A stretch of 64,000 bases of DNA from Callorhinchus milii (Eukaryota): contig NW_024704743.1 of the NCBI RefSeq assembly GCF_018977255.1, positions 72,604,001 through 72,668,000 on the forward strand. Reading direction: 5' to 3'. The notes under the pieces are model-generated. The model was not told where the DNA came from. It saw only the letters and a list, made by a program, of their open reading frames with translations, and did no database searches. Made by a program: the position numbers and the translations under genes. Positions 1 through 12,259 of this stretch are shown piece after piece (within the stretch, counting starts at the first letter, position 1; each line of letters begins with the position of its first letter).

Positions 1-110
1 ATTGAATGGACCAATAAGGAAATATTTATAAAGAATGATAATAATAATCTTTGCATTTGATTTAAAGGGTGACAAAAGATGTGACATGGCATTTGAAACA
101 ATGGGCAACT

Positions 111-184
111 AATAATAATAATACTTTGAATTTAATCTAGTGCTTTATCACGTCTTCGAGACGTCTCAAAATCCTACGCACAGT
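111..184 (-). mobile_element. SINE 3' tail fragment
   Basis: (AAT)n run followed by the reverse complement of the tail hairpin GAGACGTCTCGAAGACGTGATAAAGC seen in other SINE copies in this window. Confidence 0.75.
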
Positions 185-419
185 CTTGATCAAACACTGA
201 TCAACGGGCTTTAACTTTTCCGGTTGTTCATATTTTTATTTTAGATTTCCTATTTTCTTTCATCTTAAATGATTTTTGCATCTTAATGTTTCTTCCATTA
301 TTTTCCATTTAGGTCTGATTCATTTAATCAAATACGTCTTTATGTATGAAAGTCATTATCTATATAAAATACTGACCTTTAGCTTGATTCCTACCTGCAA
401 ACTTACCTGCACTTTTTTT

Positions 420-647
420 TGTAAAAAGATCCCATGTATTATTTGAAAAGCGAAGGGAGTTTCTCCCAGTGTCCTGGCTAACAATTCTCCATATAATATT
501 AGTCCTTCACCTTAAGGCTGTTTGTGGGACAGTGCTGTGTGCAAACTGGCTACCACATTCAACTACAAAATACAGTCATCACACTTCACAGTAAAAAATC
601 AATGAAGTGCTTTTGAGACACTATCAAACACAAAGATTATTATTATT
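420..647 (+). mobile_element. Old Deu-type SINE, 3' half
   Basis: AAAGATCCCATG...GTGTCCTGGC...GCTGTTTGTGGGAC...GCTGTGTGCAAACTGGCT...GATTATTATT resembles the Deu-domain SINE body (AmnSINE1/SacSINE1 type). Confidence 0.75.
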
Positions 648-1450
648 TGCTGTAATTAAATAGTGTTGAGACCAGAGATTGTGTGCTCTTAAAAACTTTG
701 TTTAAAAGAATTGAAATTAGTTCCACATTTGTGAACATTTAAACTTATAAATATGGAAGCTGATTTTCCACAGTTTTATTTGGTATTCAAGAAAATCTGC
801 TTCCAAAATATAATTAAATTTAAGACCATTTTCCAAAATTCTGCATGATGTTAAATTTAAAGATAATAAATAGTCATCAGCCAACGAACATCTCTAGGAA
901 TTTGGGGAACTCAAATCTAAGTAGGACATGAATCAAAAGCAATATGGATTTCTCTACCAAGGCCACATAGCTCATTATGTTACCAGGAAAACTGCAGCAA
1001 TAAAATTAACTGCTAAATGTATTGCCTTGTTTCAACAATACACTTATGATTTCCTTATCTTTCTTCTGGCAGCTCCAAATGAAATACAGAAAGTGAATGA
1101 CTGGGACTTGAGGTTCACAAATTTGGGACTGATTCCACTTCATTTAAATGAAGTTTGCTTAATAGCATCCAAAGTCTGTGGTATTGTCCCTATGTGATTA
1201 AAGGGAAGGTTCTGTACTATTACACTGATTGATTTGGTGGTGGTAGGAGTGTAATGAAGTGCTGTGTTCTGTTCTGATTCTCAGTCAGGGCATGCAAAAG
1301 GTAGACGTAAGATTTCCCACCAGAAAGAAGGAAGTGCATTTGCATTTACCGGTTAGTTACACAGCAATACAGAATTGCAAGCCACGGGTTCAATGCTCTA
1401 TTGTGCTAATGTCAGCCTCAGTACTGCAGCAAGGCATGAAGCAGAGACCA

Positions 1451-2190
1451 CAACAACAACACACAGGATAGCGTCTCAGAACGCTTAACAGTGGCGGAGC
1501 CTGACTCTGAGTCGGGGGTGGGGTGAGGTGGCCTTAAGCACGATCAAAGAGAACAGTTTTCAGGCGGAATTTGAAAGAGGGTAGAGAGGGGGCAAGGCGG
1601 AGGGATTCAGGGAGAGTGTTCCAGAGTTTCGGGGCGTAGTGGATGATAGTGGGGTGGAGGGTGCGATGGACGAGCAGGAAGCTGGTGCCAGTCAAGCGGA
1701 GGCGCCGGGTGGTGGATTGGGGAGTGAGGAGGTTGGAGAGGTAGGGAGATGCCAGAGAGTGAAGGGATTTGAACACGAGTGTGAGGGTCTTGAAGTCGAT
1801 CCATTTGGTGATGGGGAGCCAGTGGAGCCCGGCCAGAACTGGTGAGATGTGGGTACGGAGTTTGGTCCAGGTTAGTATGCAGGCAGCAGAGTTCTGAATG
1901 TGCTGGATGTTGAGCGGGGAGATCGGTGAGGTGTGTGTTTGAAGTAATCTAGGCGGGAGATGACAAACACATGCACGAGAGTCTCGGCTGCATTCGGGGA
2001 AAGATACGGTTGGGGGGAGACAATGTGGCAGAGGTGGAAGATGGTGGTCCTGGTAAGGGATCAGATTTGGGGGAGGTAGGACAGCTGGGGGGTCGAACCG
2101 GATGCCCAGGTTGCGCACTGGTTCGGTGAATCTGAGGGAGAGCCTAGGGCGGTTGAAGAGTTTAGATCCGCAGGAGTGAAGACATTGACG
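1451..2190 (-). mobile_element. L2 LINE 3' fragment, degenerate
   Basis: ORF 1534..2373 contains L2 ORF2 C-terminal motifs (VRNLG, IQNSAA, HISPVLAGLHWLP, APKLWNTLP, FKFRLKTVLF); (CAA)n tail at about 1451. Confidence 0.9.
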
Positions 2191-3019
2191 GGAGCCAAGG
2201 AGTATGGAAGCAAATTCATATTCACCTGCAGGAATTTTACACTCATCTAGGCCTTGATGTCTGCCAGACAAGCAGATAGAACATCCCTGTATAGAAACAT
2301 CCCTGCTCCACTTACAGAGCATATAACTTGACAGCAAGTCTCCACTGAGCCATTCCTGGGCACTTCCAGACATTTAGCTCAAGATCCGAATTGGTGGAGG
2401 AATGGGAAGTGATCTTCCATTCTCTTGGATATAGGAGGTTCAAACATCAGTGGGGTTAAAAAAGGAGAGGGAATTAATAATAAGAACATTTATTGGTAAG
2501 ATTTTAGCATTGAACAGTTCAGCAATCTAGTTAAGTTGGGCTTCACCTTTAGGATTGAGGAAAGATACTCACTAGAATGATATCTGGGTGTAGGCAAATT
2601 TGGCATGTAACTCAACTAAATGTGTCTTCTCTTACTGTGGCATCCCAACAAAGTAGGTGTCCATCCATCAGTTTGCTTTTCGACTGGTACAACTCTTCTC
2701 TGGCAGGAGAAATTGTTACTTATTTGAAACAGTCATTCTCAGACTGAGGGTTTTACATTGAAACTACTTTCCCTTCTAGAGAATGTTCCTCTATAAATGC
2801 ATTTTCTTCTCATTACTACATTCAATATGAGCGAAATGTTCATGTGGTCGAAAAAGTTTGAAAAGGAAAGTACTTTGGAATAGCTGGAATCCTGAGGATC
2901 CCATGAAGGATTTGTATGGTGAAGTCAATGATGTGGTGGCTCACCCAAAAGCATAAGTTTTACAAGTAATATAGATGTTCTGCGGTTGAAATTTATGAGT
3001 AAGTAGAAAACTGTACCCC

Positions 3020-3222
3020 TCCCTAGACTCCTTCAAGGCCCATCTCAAGATTTTCCTCTTCAACTGTACCTTTGGTCACCATCCTACCCCCACCCTCCCT
3101 GCCCTCCGCCCCTCCTGATCCCAACCCGTAAACCCGGGTACAAACTCTGACTGACCAGCAACTTAGGACGTCCTCCCGATGTGAAAAGCGCTATACAAAT
3201 GTAATTTGTTGTTATTGTGTTG
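3020..3222 (+). mobile_element. L2 LINE 3' end
   Basis: CCTTCAAGGCCCATCTCAAG...GGACGTCCTCCCGATGTGAAAAGCGCTATACAAATG followed by (TTG)n. Confidence 0.8.
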
Positions 3223-3780
3223 TTTTCAAATATGGTTAAGATTTCTTTGAAGGGAATACATATTTCTTTGATTAGATTGGTAGAAATTCAATTTGGAACA
3301 GATGAATGGGCAGAGGAGCAGCGGTTTACATGTAATAGTTTATTTCTGGCATGAATCACTGCTGGAACTATTCTTGAACATTAGGCGCAACTGTCCTGCC
3401 AGGTCCTCAAGTACTCCCCACTGTCAAAATGTTTATATTAACAGCGGAAGAAAACAACAAGACTACTGCTATTCGCCAATAATTTTGAAATAACTCACAA
3501 AGAAGGAATATCACAACTTCAGACAACCTTTCCTTTGTTTAAAAAACACTATTTCAGCATTTTTCTTTCACCAAAAACATGCTATAATACAGAAAGATAT
3601 AACAATGATAACAATCTGTAACCTTCAAAACTGCACACTACCTTTCCTCATGTTTGGGTATAATTTGCAGCATTTCCTAATGAAATTCCTTAATCCCTTT
3701 CGTATATAGAATGCAAGGATCTATTATTTAGAATACCCATTGGCAAATGGGAATTCTACTCTGTCGTGGATCACTTTATT

Positions 3781-4108
3781 ATAATAATAATAATAATAAT
3801 AATCCTTGCATTTGATATAGCGCTTTTCACGTCGGGAGGACGTCCCAAAGCGCTTCACAGAACACACTGTAAAGTGAATTGACTGTATATTTGTGGGCGA
3901 ACGCGGCAGCCAATTGCGCACAGCAATGTCCCACAAACAGTCGTAGATTGAAAAATGACCAATTTAATTATTGTTTTTGGTTTTTTGGAGGGATTATTAT
4001 TAGGCGTGTGGAGTAAGGAAACTTGCCCAAGGTTTCGCCCTGCCTGGAATTGAACTCAGGTCTCTCACTTGCAAAGCGAGTGCTCTAACCACTGAGCTAC
4101 AGGACTCC
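3781..4108 (-). mobile_element. Full-length young tRNA-Ala-derived SINE, short form
   Basis: Reverse complement has a tRNA-like head with pol III A and B boxes, the shared body, the tail hairpin and (ATT)n; nearly identical to 13921-14242 and 60305-60620. Confidence 0.95.
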
Positions 4109-5234
4109 TGTATGTCCTGTATGTTGTGTGTCAGTGTGACATACTTTTAATAACAATAATCCTTGCATTTGATATAGTGCCTTATCATGGCATTGAGATA
4201 TCTCAAAGCGCTTCACAGGATATACAGGAAAAAAGTAAGGTGGATTGACTGTGTAATCCTGACAGCCAGTCATGGAGTTAGGGTTAGTTTACCCCAAATT
4301 GGTGCCTGCTGCAAATGTAACTATCTTACACTGGGTCTGTGATTCCAGGTCATTAATATATATAAGGAATATACAGACCTCTGAGGCACCTTGCTTAATA
4401 CCTCACCCGATTTTGGCCTAGTTCTCTAACAAAGATCAGTTGCTTCCTTCCCTTCAGCCAATTCTGAATCAACATCCATGTCTCATCCTTGAAATTTTGT
4501 GATTATATGGTTAATATCTGATTAATTACACTTATGCCTATTTAAAAGGAATTATTTCTGACTAAACAGGATTTTTCAGCCCAAAACAGCTTCTATTTTG
4601 ATATATAATGATATATAGTATATTGGAGATGACAGTCCTGGGTCACTGAAAAATAAATTGCTCTTGAATCAGGGTCTGATTACTTAGAATGATGTCTGAC
4701 GCCATCTAATGATATAGCGTTCAAGTTTTCAGTGAATGATTGAGTCTCAACACTCATCCTCTGAATAGTAAGTAGAAAGGAGATTGGATCTACAGTGTTC
4801 TGTGGTTATTATTGTCCTGAGGGGGTTGCCAACATGTTTCATTTGCTTGGTGCTCTTGCCTTCTGGCTGAATGAAAACTGCCAATATTTCCCAGGCTAAT
4901 ATTTCACAATAATACAACAATCAACATTGAATTATTACAGGTAGGAGAATATAACCACTGTACAAGATAATGTTGAAAATCTTTTTCCACTCAAGAAGCT
5001 TCCGAAGAGTTGAAGAGTGAGAACTTTATCATTTTCATCATTATTTCATAAAAGATGCAGGCAGGTACAAGCGCCGGAGCCAATCAAAAAGAATAATAAT
5101 AATCCTTGCATTTGATATTTGATTATCGTGGCTAAATGTTTCAAAGCGGTGCATGGAATTTCACTGGACAGTGTATTTTACGAACAATCGTATTTTCAAA
5201 AAAATGTTTTTTGAACAGCATTGCCTTAATCTAA

Positions 5235-5620
5235 CAAGAACAACAACTTGCATTTATACAATGCCCTTCATGCAAGATTGGAGACACAGAGTGCTGTACA
5301 GTTGTGGGGTTGGATACCGAGCAAGGGAGTGGGGGGGTGCAGGGGAAGTGACCATCAGCAGGATTGAAGAGCTCGGTCTTCAAGTGGGATTTCATAAATG
5401 AGGCAGAGATTAATGCAGAGTTCCAGAGATTAGGAGCATAGTATCTGAAGTCACGGCCACCAACGATGGCGTAGAGAGGTCAGGGAGACACAGCAGGACT
5501 GTGTTAGCAGAACAAAGCGGGTGGGCCAAGTGGTGTGTAGGGTAAAAGAAGGACAGAGGAGTAGGGAAGTGCTAGAATGTGAAGGAATTTGTATGTAAAA
5601 GTGAGGATCTTGAAGTTTAA
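5235..5620 (-). mobile_element. Old L2 3' fragment
   Basis: CAACAACTTGCATTTATA tail, plus GAGTTCCAGAG and GTGAGGATCTTGAA landmarks shared with the L2 at 8966-11550. Confidence 0.7.
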
Positions 5621-6724
5621 CTTAAAATTGAAGATTTCACAGAATTTTAGAAATTTCTCAAATCCAATCTCAATTGGAAACCAGTTTTGCACCTGGGAGA
5701 AACTCCTTTCTTGTTAGTTTAAGGGCTTGTAAATGAACATATTGCTGTTGGCAAAGAGAATAGGATAAATTTAGGCAAATTTAGAAACAACACAAACTTT
5801 GAAACAATTATGAATACCGGAGAAAACTCAATCTAAATGAACATCTGCTTGGAAATTAATTCTGTCCTCCGCTGGAGAAACGTACACTGAATAAAGATAG
5901 AAAGAAACAAAGATACAAATGAGAAACAGGTGTTTGTAAATAATTGATAACTTTCTTCTCAGTGAATTCATAAATAATCCCCACTGCTAAACACTTACTC
6001 TCTATTGAGCCAGTATTAATCTGAAGTTTTAACAATACACCTCGTAAACAATGATATTGTCTCACACATCTGTGGTTGTCTCCCGATGAAGCAATGTTCT
6101 GTGTTTCATCCAGTTATCAAGTCAGTTTGTACATACTGTACAGGTCTGTATCTTAAGTTTACTTTTGTTCATAATAAAAAAAATAAACCTACTGATCTTT
6201 TTTTTATTCTTATTTCACACGCACCAGTCATCACTCTACACATCAGACACTTTGGACTAGATGACTTCATTCAATCTTTTTAACCTTTCCTGGGGCCTGC
6301 TATCCATCTGGCTAAAGCTCAAACTAGTACTCGGCGGAGACTAAAGACTAACTAGTAACTATCCTTCTTAGGCAGGGTGGGCTGGGGTGGGGTACAATAA
6401 GGCTACGTTGGCTCCAAAGTGACAAGCCTTGCAATGGAAAATTGGAATGGAATCAAGTCTGTACTCTCTGTCTGACTTACTGATCAACTACTTGAGCCAG
6501 GCAGCTTTGTAGTCCTCAAAGCCATTGCTGATAATGGATCAATCTGGCTCATTGGCAAGACTTGAAGGAACAGACCAGTCACTGGGGGCTGTGATTCTTC
6601 CCACTCGACACGTGTTAATCCTGCAAACTAAAGTCAAACAGATAGAGTCCTAGTAGTGGGAAGCTTGTTCTACAAAGGTAGACTGCATGATTTCAACTAG
6701 TTAAACTCCAGGAGTACCCTAATA

Positions 6725-6927
6725 TGCGCAATTGGCTGCCGCGTTCACCCACAAATATACAGTCAATTCACTTTACAATGTGTTCTGTGAAGCGCTTTGG
6801 GATGTCCTCCTGACGTGAAAAGCACTATATCAAATGCAAGGATTATTATTATTATTCTGTGAAGCGCTTTGGGACGTCTAGAAGACGTGAAAAGCGCTAT
6901 ACCAAATGCAAGGATTATTATTATTAT
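6725..6927 (+). mobile_element. 5'-truncated SINE with a second 3' tail in tandem
   Basis: Body plus tail GGATGTCCTCCTGACGTG...GATTATT, then directly a second tail GGACGTCTAGAAGACGTG...GATTATT. Confidence 0.9.
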
Positions 6928-7541
6928 CAAACCTGTCTCTTACCAACTAGCACCTAATGATTCTGGATTAGGTGAGCAGAGTGCATCCATCTGGGGTGTG
7001 GTTGCTCACTCCATACTGACAAATGGAAACTATGCATATCTAGAACTCTCAGTAGATTGAATATAGAGACTTGAAGACATGGGGATAAGTTCCTGTGTGT
7101 ATCAGATACACAGTTAACCCTGCAGGCCAAAGCCCTATGGGAAGTGTGGTCCTAGTTGCATAACAGTAAGCTTACCTGACAGTGCTTTCAATGGCAAGCT
7201 CTCTGGATTTAACTATATGGTAAGCAGGATGCATCACTCCATGTGAGAGGCTGTATTCCATTCAAGATGTGAGAATTTACATGTATTGATTTGGATAATC
7301 TTAAACCTTGTGATAGGTTTCTACATGTGTCAGACCAAAAATAAATCTTTAGGTATTACTGAGTTATGCACCTTTCTCGAAGAGAATGCTCAGCCATCTA
7401 TCAATCCTGCTGTCAGGCTGAGTTACAGTACCTGGTAATCTGCCTCCTGACTTTCTCTCCTTCTCTGTGGGAAGCACGTTATCTCTGTCTGATAGCAGAG
7501 CTGAAATGGGGACTTGTCATTTCTTGTTCATTGTACCATTC

Positions 7542-8402
7542 TGTCACGGTACAATCCTTAATAATATGTAAATAATATACATGTCTATATATATATATAG
7601 AGGGAGATATATATTTAGGGAAATGGGGAAGCCTGTCCCTTTAATTAGATTATGGTTAAAAAATGCTTGCAAAAGATTTAATTGCAGAAGCTGTTTGCAA
7701 AAGACTGAGCAAACAGCATACATGAGGTGCCCAAATTACAATACTAGGTTCAAGGTTACTTGTTTGACAGTCAGTTAACAAGCAGCATGGAAAGTCACAT
7801 GGCGCTCGCTTGGGAAAAAGCCCTAGCATTCGCGTCTTAGGCGAGCAGAGCCACGCGCCTATAAAAAGCAATGCTAGGTGCGCCTCGTAGTCTCTGTCTA
7901 ATGGGCATCTGGTACGTACTGACATTACAGGATTACTGTAACGTCAGGTTGGTTTAAATATTTTATACTGATGTAGTATTGTGCTGCTAGTTGTTATAGT
8001 TATGTGTGTTAGTTATATTTGATCCCATTGTTGTTTATCTTAAATTGTTACATTTCTCATATGCAAGGTAGCCTAGGGTTGCTTGGGTCTTAATAAAGAG
8101 CTGTTGTTTTACCGAATGTATCTTCGAGTCTCTGTAATATTCTAAAACAAGAAAAGGAGTAAGCACTTAGTGAGTAGCTGTCGACATCTGAGTTTTGGTA
8201 GTGCAAGCAGACTCCAATTAAACTTCACAGTTATCGGGCATTGGAGTTGTCTGGGAATACCTGTGTGAGTTACTAATTCTGACTTGGTTAAGACATCTTT
8301 GGAGTAGGGACTCACGCTGACAAGCCACTTAGTACGAAAAGAGTTACTAAAATTCACAAACACAACAAGGAGTGAGAACTGTCGCAACTCCTCACTTTTA
8401 CA
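7542..8402 (+). mobile_element. Candidate solo LTR, about 860 bp
   Basis: Begins TGTCACGG and ends TTTTACA; flanks ATTC/TTTC (3 of 4 match); TATAAAA at 7860; AATAAA at 8092; CpG-rich patch; no internal ORF. Confidence 0.55.
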
Positions 8403-8825
8403 TTTCAAAATTAATTCTGTAAGTACTATTATTTACTATATATCCATTTCACNTTTTTTCCTGCAATTTCTATAACTTTATTTTCACTCTTTAGTTTATG
8501 AGGATCTTCTATTTTGTTTTTAACTATGTTTTTATTTTATCTTTGTTGTTTATCTTTGCCTTTTGGTAATTTTACTTTTAAAATTTGATTGTTAATACTG
8601 AATGAAACCTGTTTTTGATCTTTTGATGTGTAAGATGAAATTCTCTTAAGCCTGTACATTTCTTTGTTCTTCACTATACTTTCATTTCATTCTGTGAAAG
8701 GTATCAACTTGGCTTGGTTGGTAGAATTCTTATATTTAAGTCAGACAATTATGGGTTCAAATCCCATGTCGGGTACTGAGCTTGCAGTCTAGTCTGAAAC
8801 TTTCATATTTGTTTAGCTACATGAA

Positions 8826-8965
8826 CAACAACAAGAAAATTATATTTGTAAAGCATCTTTCTAGTTGGGAGGACATCCTACGGCACTGAACAGTCGGAGA
8901 TCAGGACTGGGCAAAAGACTTAGGAGTGAGGGAGGGCAGAGAGGTAGGAGGACGGCTGAAGGCAC
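8826..8965 (-). mobile_element. 3' end of the older L2, separated from its body by the younger L2
   Basis: (CAA)n tail and degenerate tail hairpin; breaks at GCTGAAGGCAC and resumes in register at about 11551 (GTCGAAAAGGAGGGTCTTGAG), judged against 9121-9170. Confidence 0.8.
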
Positions 8966-11550
8966 AACAACAACAACATTCCATTTATAGAGCGCCTTTT
9001 ACGTCGGGAGGACGTCCCAAGGCGCTGTACAGTTGGGTCGGGACCTGAGCAGGGGGGAAATGGTCAGGGTGAGGGGAAGGAAGGGAGGGAGCGAGGAGGG
9101 GGAAGAGAGTCGAGAGGGGAGCTGAAGGCACGGTCAAAGAGAAAGGTCTTGAGACCGGCCTTGAAGGAGGAAAGGGAGGAGGCGGCGAAGGCACTGGGGG
9201 ATAGAGTTCCAGAGCCTCGGGGCTGAGAGGCTGAAGGCCCGACCACCGATGGTAGGGCGGTTGGGGCGGGGGACGTGGAGCAGACCGGAGCCAGAGGAAC
9301 GGAGGGTACGGGCAGGTAGGTAGGGGGATAGTAGGTTGGAGAGGTAGGAGGGAGCAAGGCCGTGAATGGCCTTGTAGGTGAGGATGAGGATCTTGAATTG
9401 GATCCTCTGGGGGATGGGGAGCCAGTGGAGGCGAGCGAGGGTGGGAGTGATGTGGTCCCGAAGCCTGGTGCGGGACAGTACACGAGCTGCAGAGTTCTGA
9501 ATGACCTGCAGCTTGTGGAGGGAGGTGCCGGGAAGGCCGGCGAGGAGAGAGTTCCCATAGTCCAGCCTTGAGGTGACAAAGGCGTGGACCAGAGTTTCAG
9601 CAGCGTGAGGGGTGAGGTAGTGCCGTAGTCTGGCGATATTCCGGAGGTGATGGAAGGCGGTGCCAGTTGTGGCGCGGATATGAGGGAGAAAGGACAGCTC
9701 AGGGTCGAACAGAACCCGAGGTTCCTGACTGGCTTTGAGAGGTGGAGAGTGCAGCCTTGGATGCTGATGCTGTCAGCGCCTGAGGTGCGGAGGCGCTGAC
9801 GTGAGCCAATCAGGAGGGCCTCGGTTTTTCGCACGTTGAGCTGAAGAAAGTTGTCTCTCGTCCAGGACTCGATGTCGGACAGGCAGGCTGTCAGGACATC
9901 GGTGGTCGTGGAGTTGAGGGTAGAGGAGGAAAGGTAGAGTTGGGTGTCATCCGCATACATGTGGAAGTTAACCCCATGTCTGCGGATGATGTCACCAAGG
10001 GGGAGCATATAGAGGGTGAAGAGGAGGGGACCGAGGACAGAGCCCTGAGGGACACCGCACGAGACAGTGCGGGGGTGGAGGAAAAACCATTCGTGGAAAC
10101 AAAGTGAAGACGGTGGGAGAGGTACGACCTAAACCACTCAAGGACAGGGCCTTGAAGGTTGAGGTGGGAGGACAAGCGGTGGAGGAGGATAGCGTGGTCG
10201 ACCGTATCGAATGCTGCCGATAGGTCGAGGAGGATGAGGAGGCAGAGGGAGCCCTGGTCACAGATGGTCAGGATGTCATTGGTGACCTTGACCAGGGCAG
10301 TTTCTGTGCTATGGGCAGCACGGAAACCTGACTGAAGGGGTGGAGAGGAAAGAGCGCAGTTGGGAGGCGACAACTCGTTCCAGGACCTTGGACAGGAAGG
10401 GGAGGTTGGAGATGGGCCGGTAGCTTGATAGCTGCGACGCATCAAGGGAGGGTTTTTTCAAGGTGGGAGTGATGGTGGCAGTTTTTAAGGGAATGGGAAC
10501 AGAGCCAGAGGAGAGGGACAGGTTGACGATGTCTGTGATATGTGGGGCAAGAAAGTGGAGCTGGGAGATAAGGAGTGGAGTGGGGATGAGGTCAAGGGAG
10601 CAGGTGGTGGTTTCAGGGATAGGATGAGTTTGGTGACAGAGGGTGGGGAAACGGGTACGAAAGTGTGTAGGGGAGGATGGGTAGGAGTCGGAGTGTGGGA
10701 GGGAGGGGGGGGGGTGGGTGGATGTTGGAGGGGAAGTGACCGCGGAGCGAATTCCCTTGATTTGGATTCAAGGAAATCCAGCATCTCCTCGCAGTGAAGG
10801 TTGGAGGAGATGACCTGCGCGGGGTGGCGGGGGGACGGAGGAGTCGGGATGTGGTAGAAAACAGTAGCCTGGGGTTGTTCTTCGCCTCCAGGATTATCCT
10901 GGAGTAGAAGGACGACTTGGCCGAGGCTAGAGTGGAGCGGTAGATTTTGAGGAGGTCCAGCCAGATTTGTCGGTGGACCGTTAGGCCAGATTTGACGCAG
11001 GTGCGTTCAGCGGCCCGCACCTGGCTCTTCAGTGAGCGGAGGTGGGTGGTGAACCAGGGGGAGGAGCGAGAGTAGGAGACAGTACGGGAGGTGATGGGGG
11101 CAAGAGTATCGAGTGTGGAGGAGAGGGTGTTGTGGAGGAGGGTGAGAGGAGAAGAGGGGTCAGTGAGGGTTGAAGGCCAGAGGGAGAGGAGTTCAGAGGA
11201 CTCCAAGGCAGCGGTTAGGGATTGTGGGGGTAACTTCTTCCAGGGCGGTAGAAGATGGTGGTGGGTCTGGTGGAGGTGGGGAGGGGGGTGGAGGTGGTGA
11301 AGGAGATGAAGTAGTGGTCAGAGATGGCCTTGTCGGTGATAGTGACATCCGAGACACTGAGGCCCCGGGTGATCACCAAATCGAGTGGGTGGCCGTGACT
11401 GTGAGTGGGGGAGTTGATGTGGAGGGAGAGGTTGAGTGAGGAGAGCAGGGAAGAGAAGTCTGAGGAGATGGAGCAGGAGGGGGTGAAGTGCAGGTTGAAG
11501 TCGCCCAGGATGATGAGGCAATCAGAGCAGAGGCAGAGAGATGTAAGAAG
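8966..11550 (-). mobile_element. Younger L2 LINE, 5'-truncated within the endonuclease domain
   Basis: (GTT)n tail, 3' stem-loop, CpG-rich, continuous ORF2 motifs across several frameshifts. Confidence 0.95.
9064..11550 (-). pseudogene. L2 ORF2 (APE endonuclease C-terminal half plus reverse transcriptase), frameshifted
   Basis: Endonuclease motifs ILGDFN, THSHGHPLDL, ISDHY; linker SSPWFT; RT motifs [37 protein letters not shown] (about 10027-10056), [14 protein letters not shown]; split over ORFs 11215..11604, 10613..11206, 9891..10445 and 9064..10008. Confidence 0.93.
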
Positions 11551-12259
11551 TGTCGAAAAGGAGGGTCTTGAGTTGTGCCTTGAAGGAGGCAAGGAAGGGA
11601 GCATGGCAAAGGGATTGTGGAATGGAATTCCAAAGAGTGGGGGTAGAGAGGCTGAAAGCCCGGGCGCCTGCTGAATGGAGGGAATGGACGGGTTGATAGG
11701 AGGTCAGCAGGCCACAGATGTAGGAGGGGCAAAGCCGTGGAGGGTCTTGAAGATGAGGATGAGAATTTTGATTTCTATCCTCTGAGGGATGGGAAGCCAA
11801 TGGAGTTGGGCGAGGGTGGGAGTGATAGAGTCACGGAGCCTGGTGCGGGAGTGGACATGAGCTCCAGAGTTCTGGATGATCTGCAGCTTGTGGAGGAAGT
11901 AGCCGAGCCTTGAGGTGATGAATGCATGTAGCGTGTTTTGGCGGCCTGAGGGGTGAGGCAGTGGCGGAGTCGGGCAATGTTGTGGAGGTGGGGGAAGGCA
12001 GAGCGGGTCATGTCACGGATAAGGGGGAGAAAGTACAGTTGAGGGTCAAACAAGACACCCAGGTTCCTAACTGACTTGGTGAGATGGAGTGTGCATCCGT
12101 GGATGCTGTTGCTGCCAGTGCCTGAGGTGCGGAGGCGCTGGCGAGAGCCAATCAGAAGGGCCTCGGTCTTCGTGACATTCAGCTGTAGTAAATTGGCTCT
12201 CATCCAGGACTTGATGTCAGACAGAGGGTTAGGGTTAGGGCTAGGGTCAGGACGTAGTT

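Noticed and set aside
8453..8453. Ambiguous base n
   Set aside because: Assembly ambiguity next to a T run, not biological
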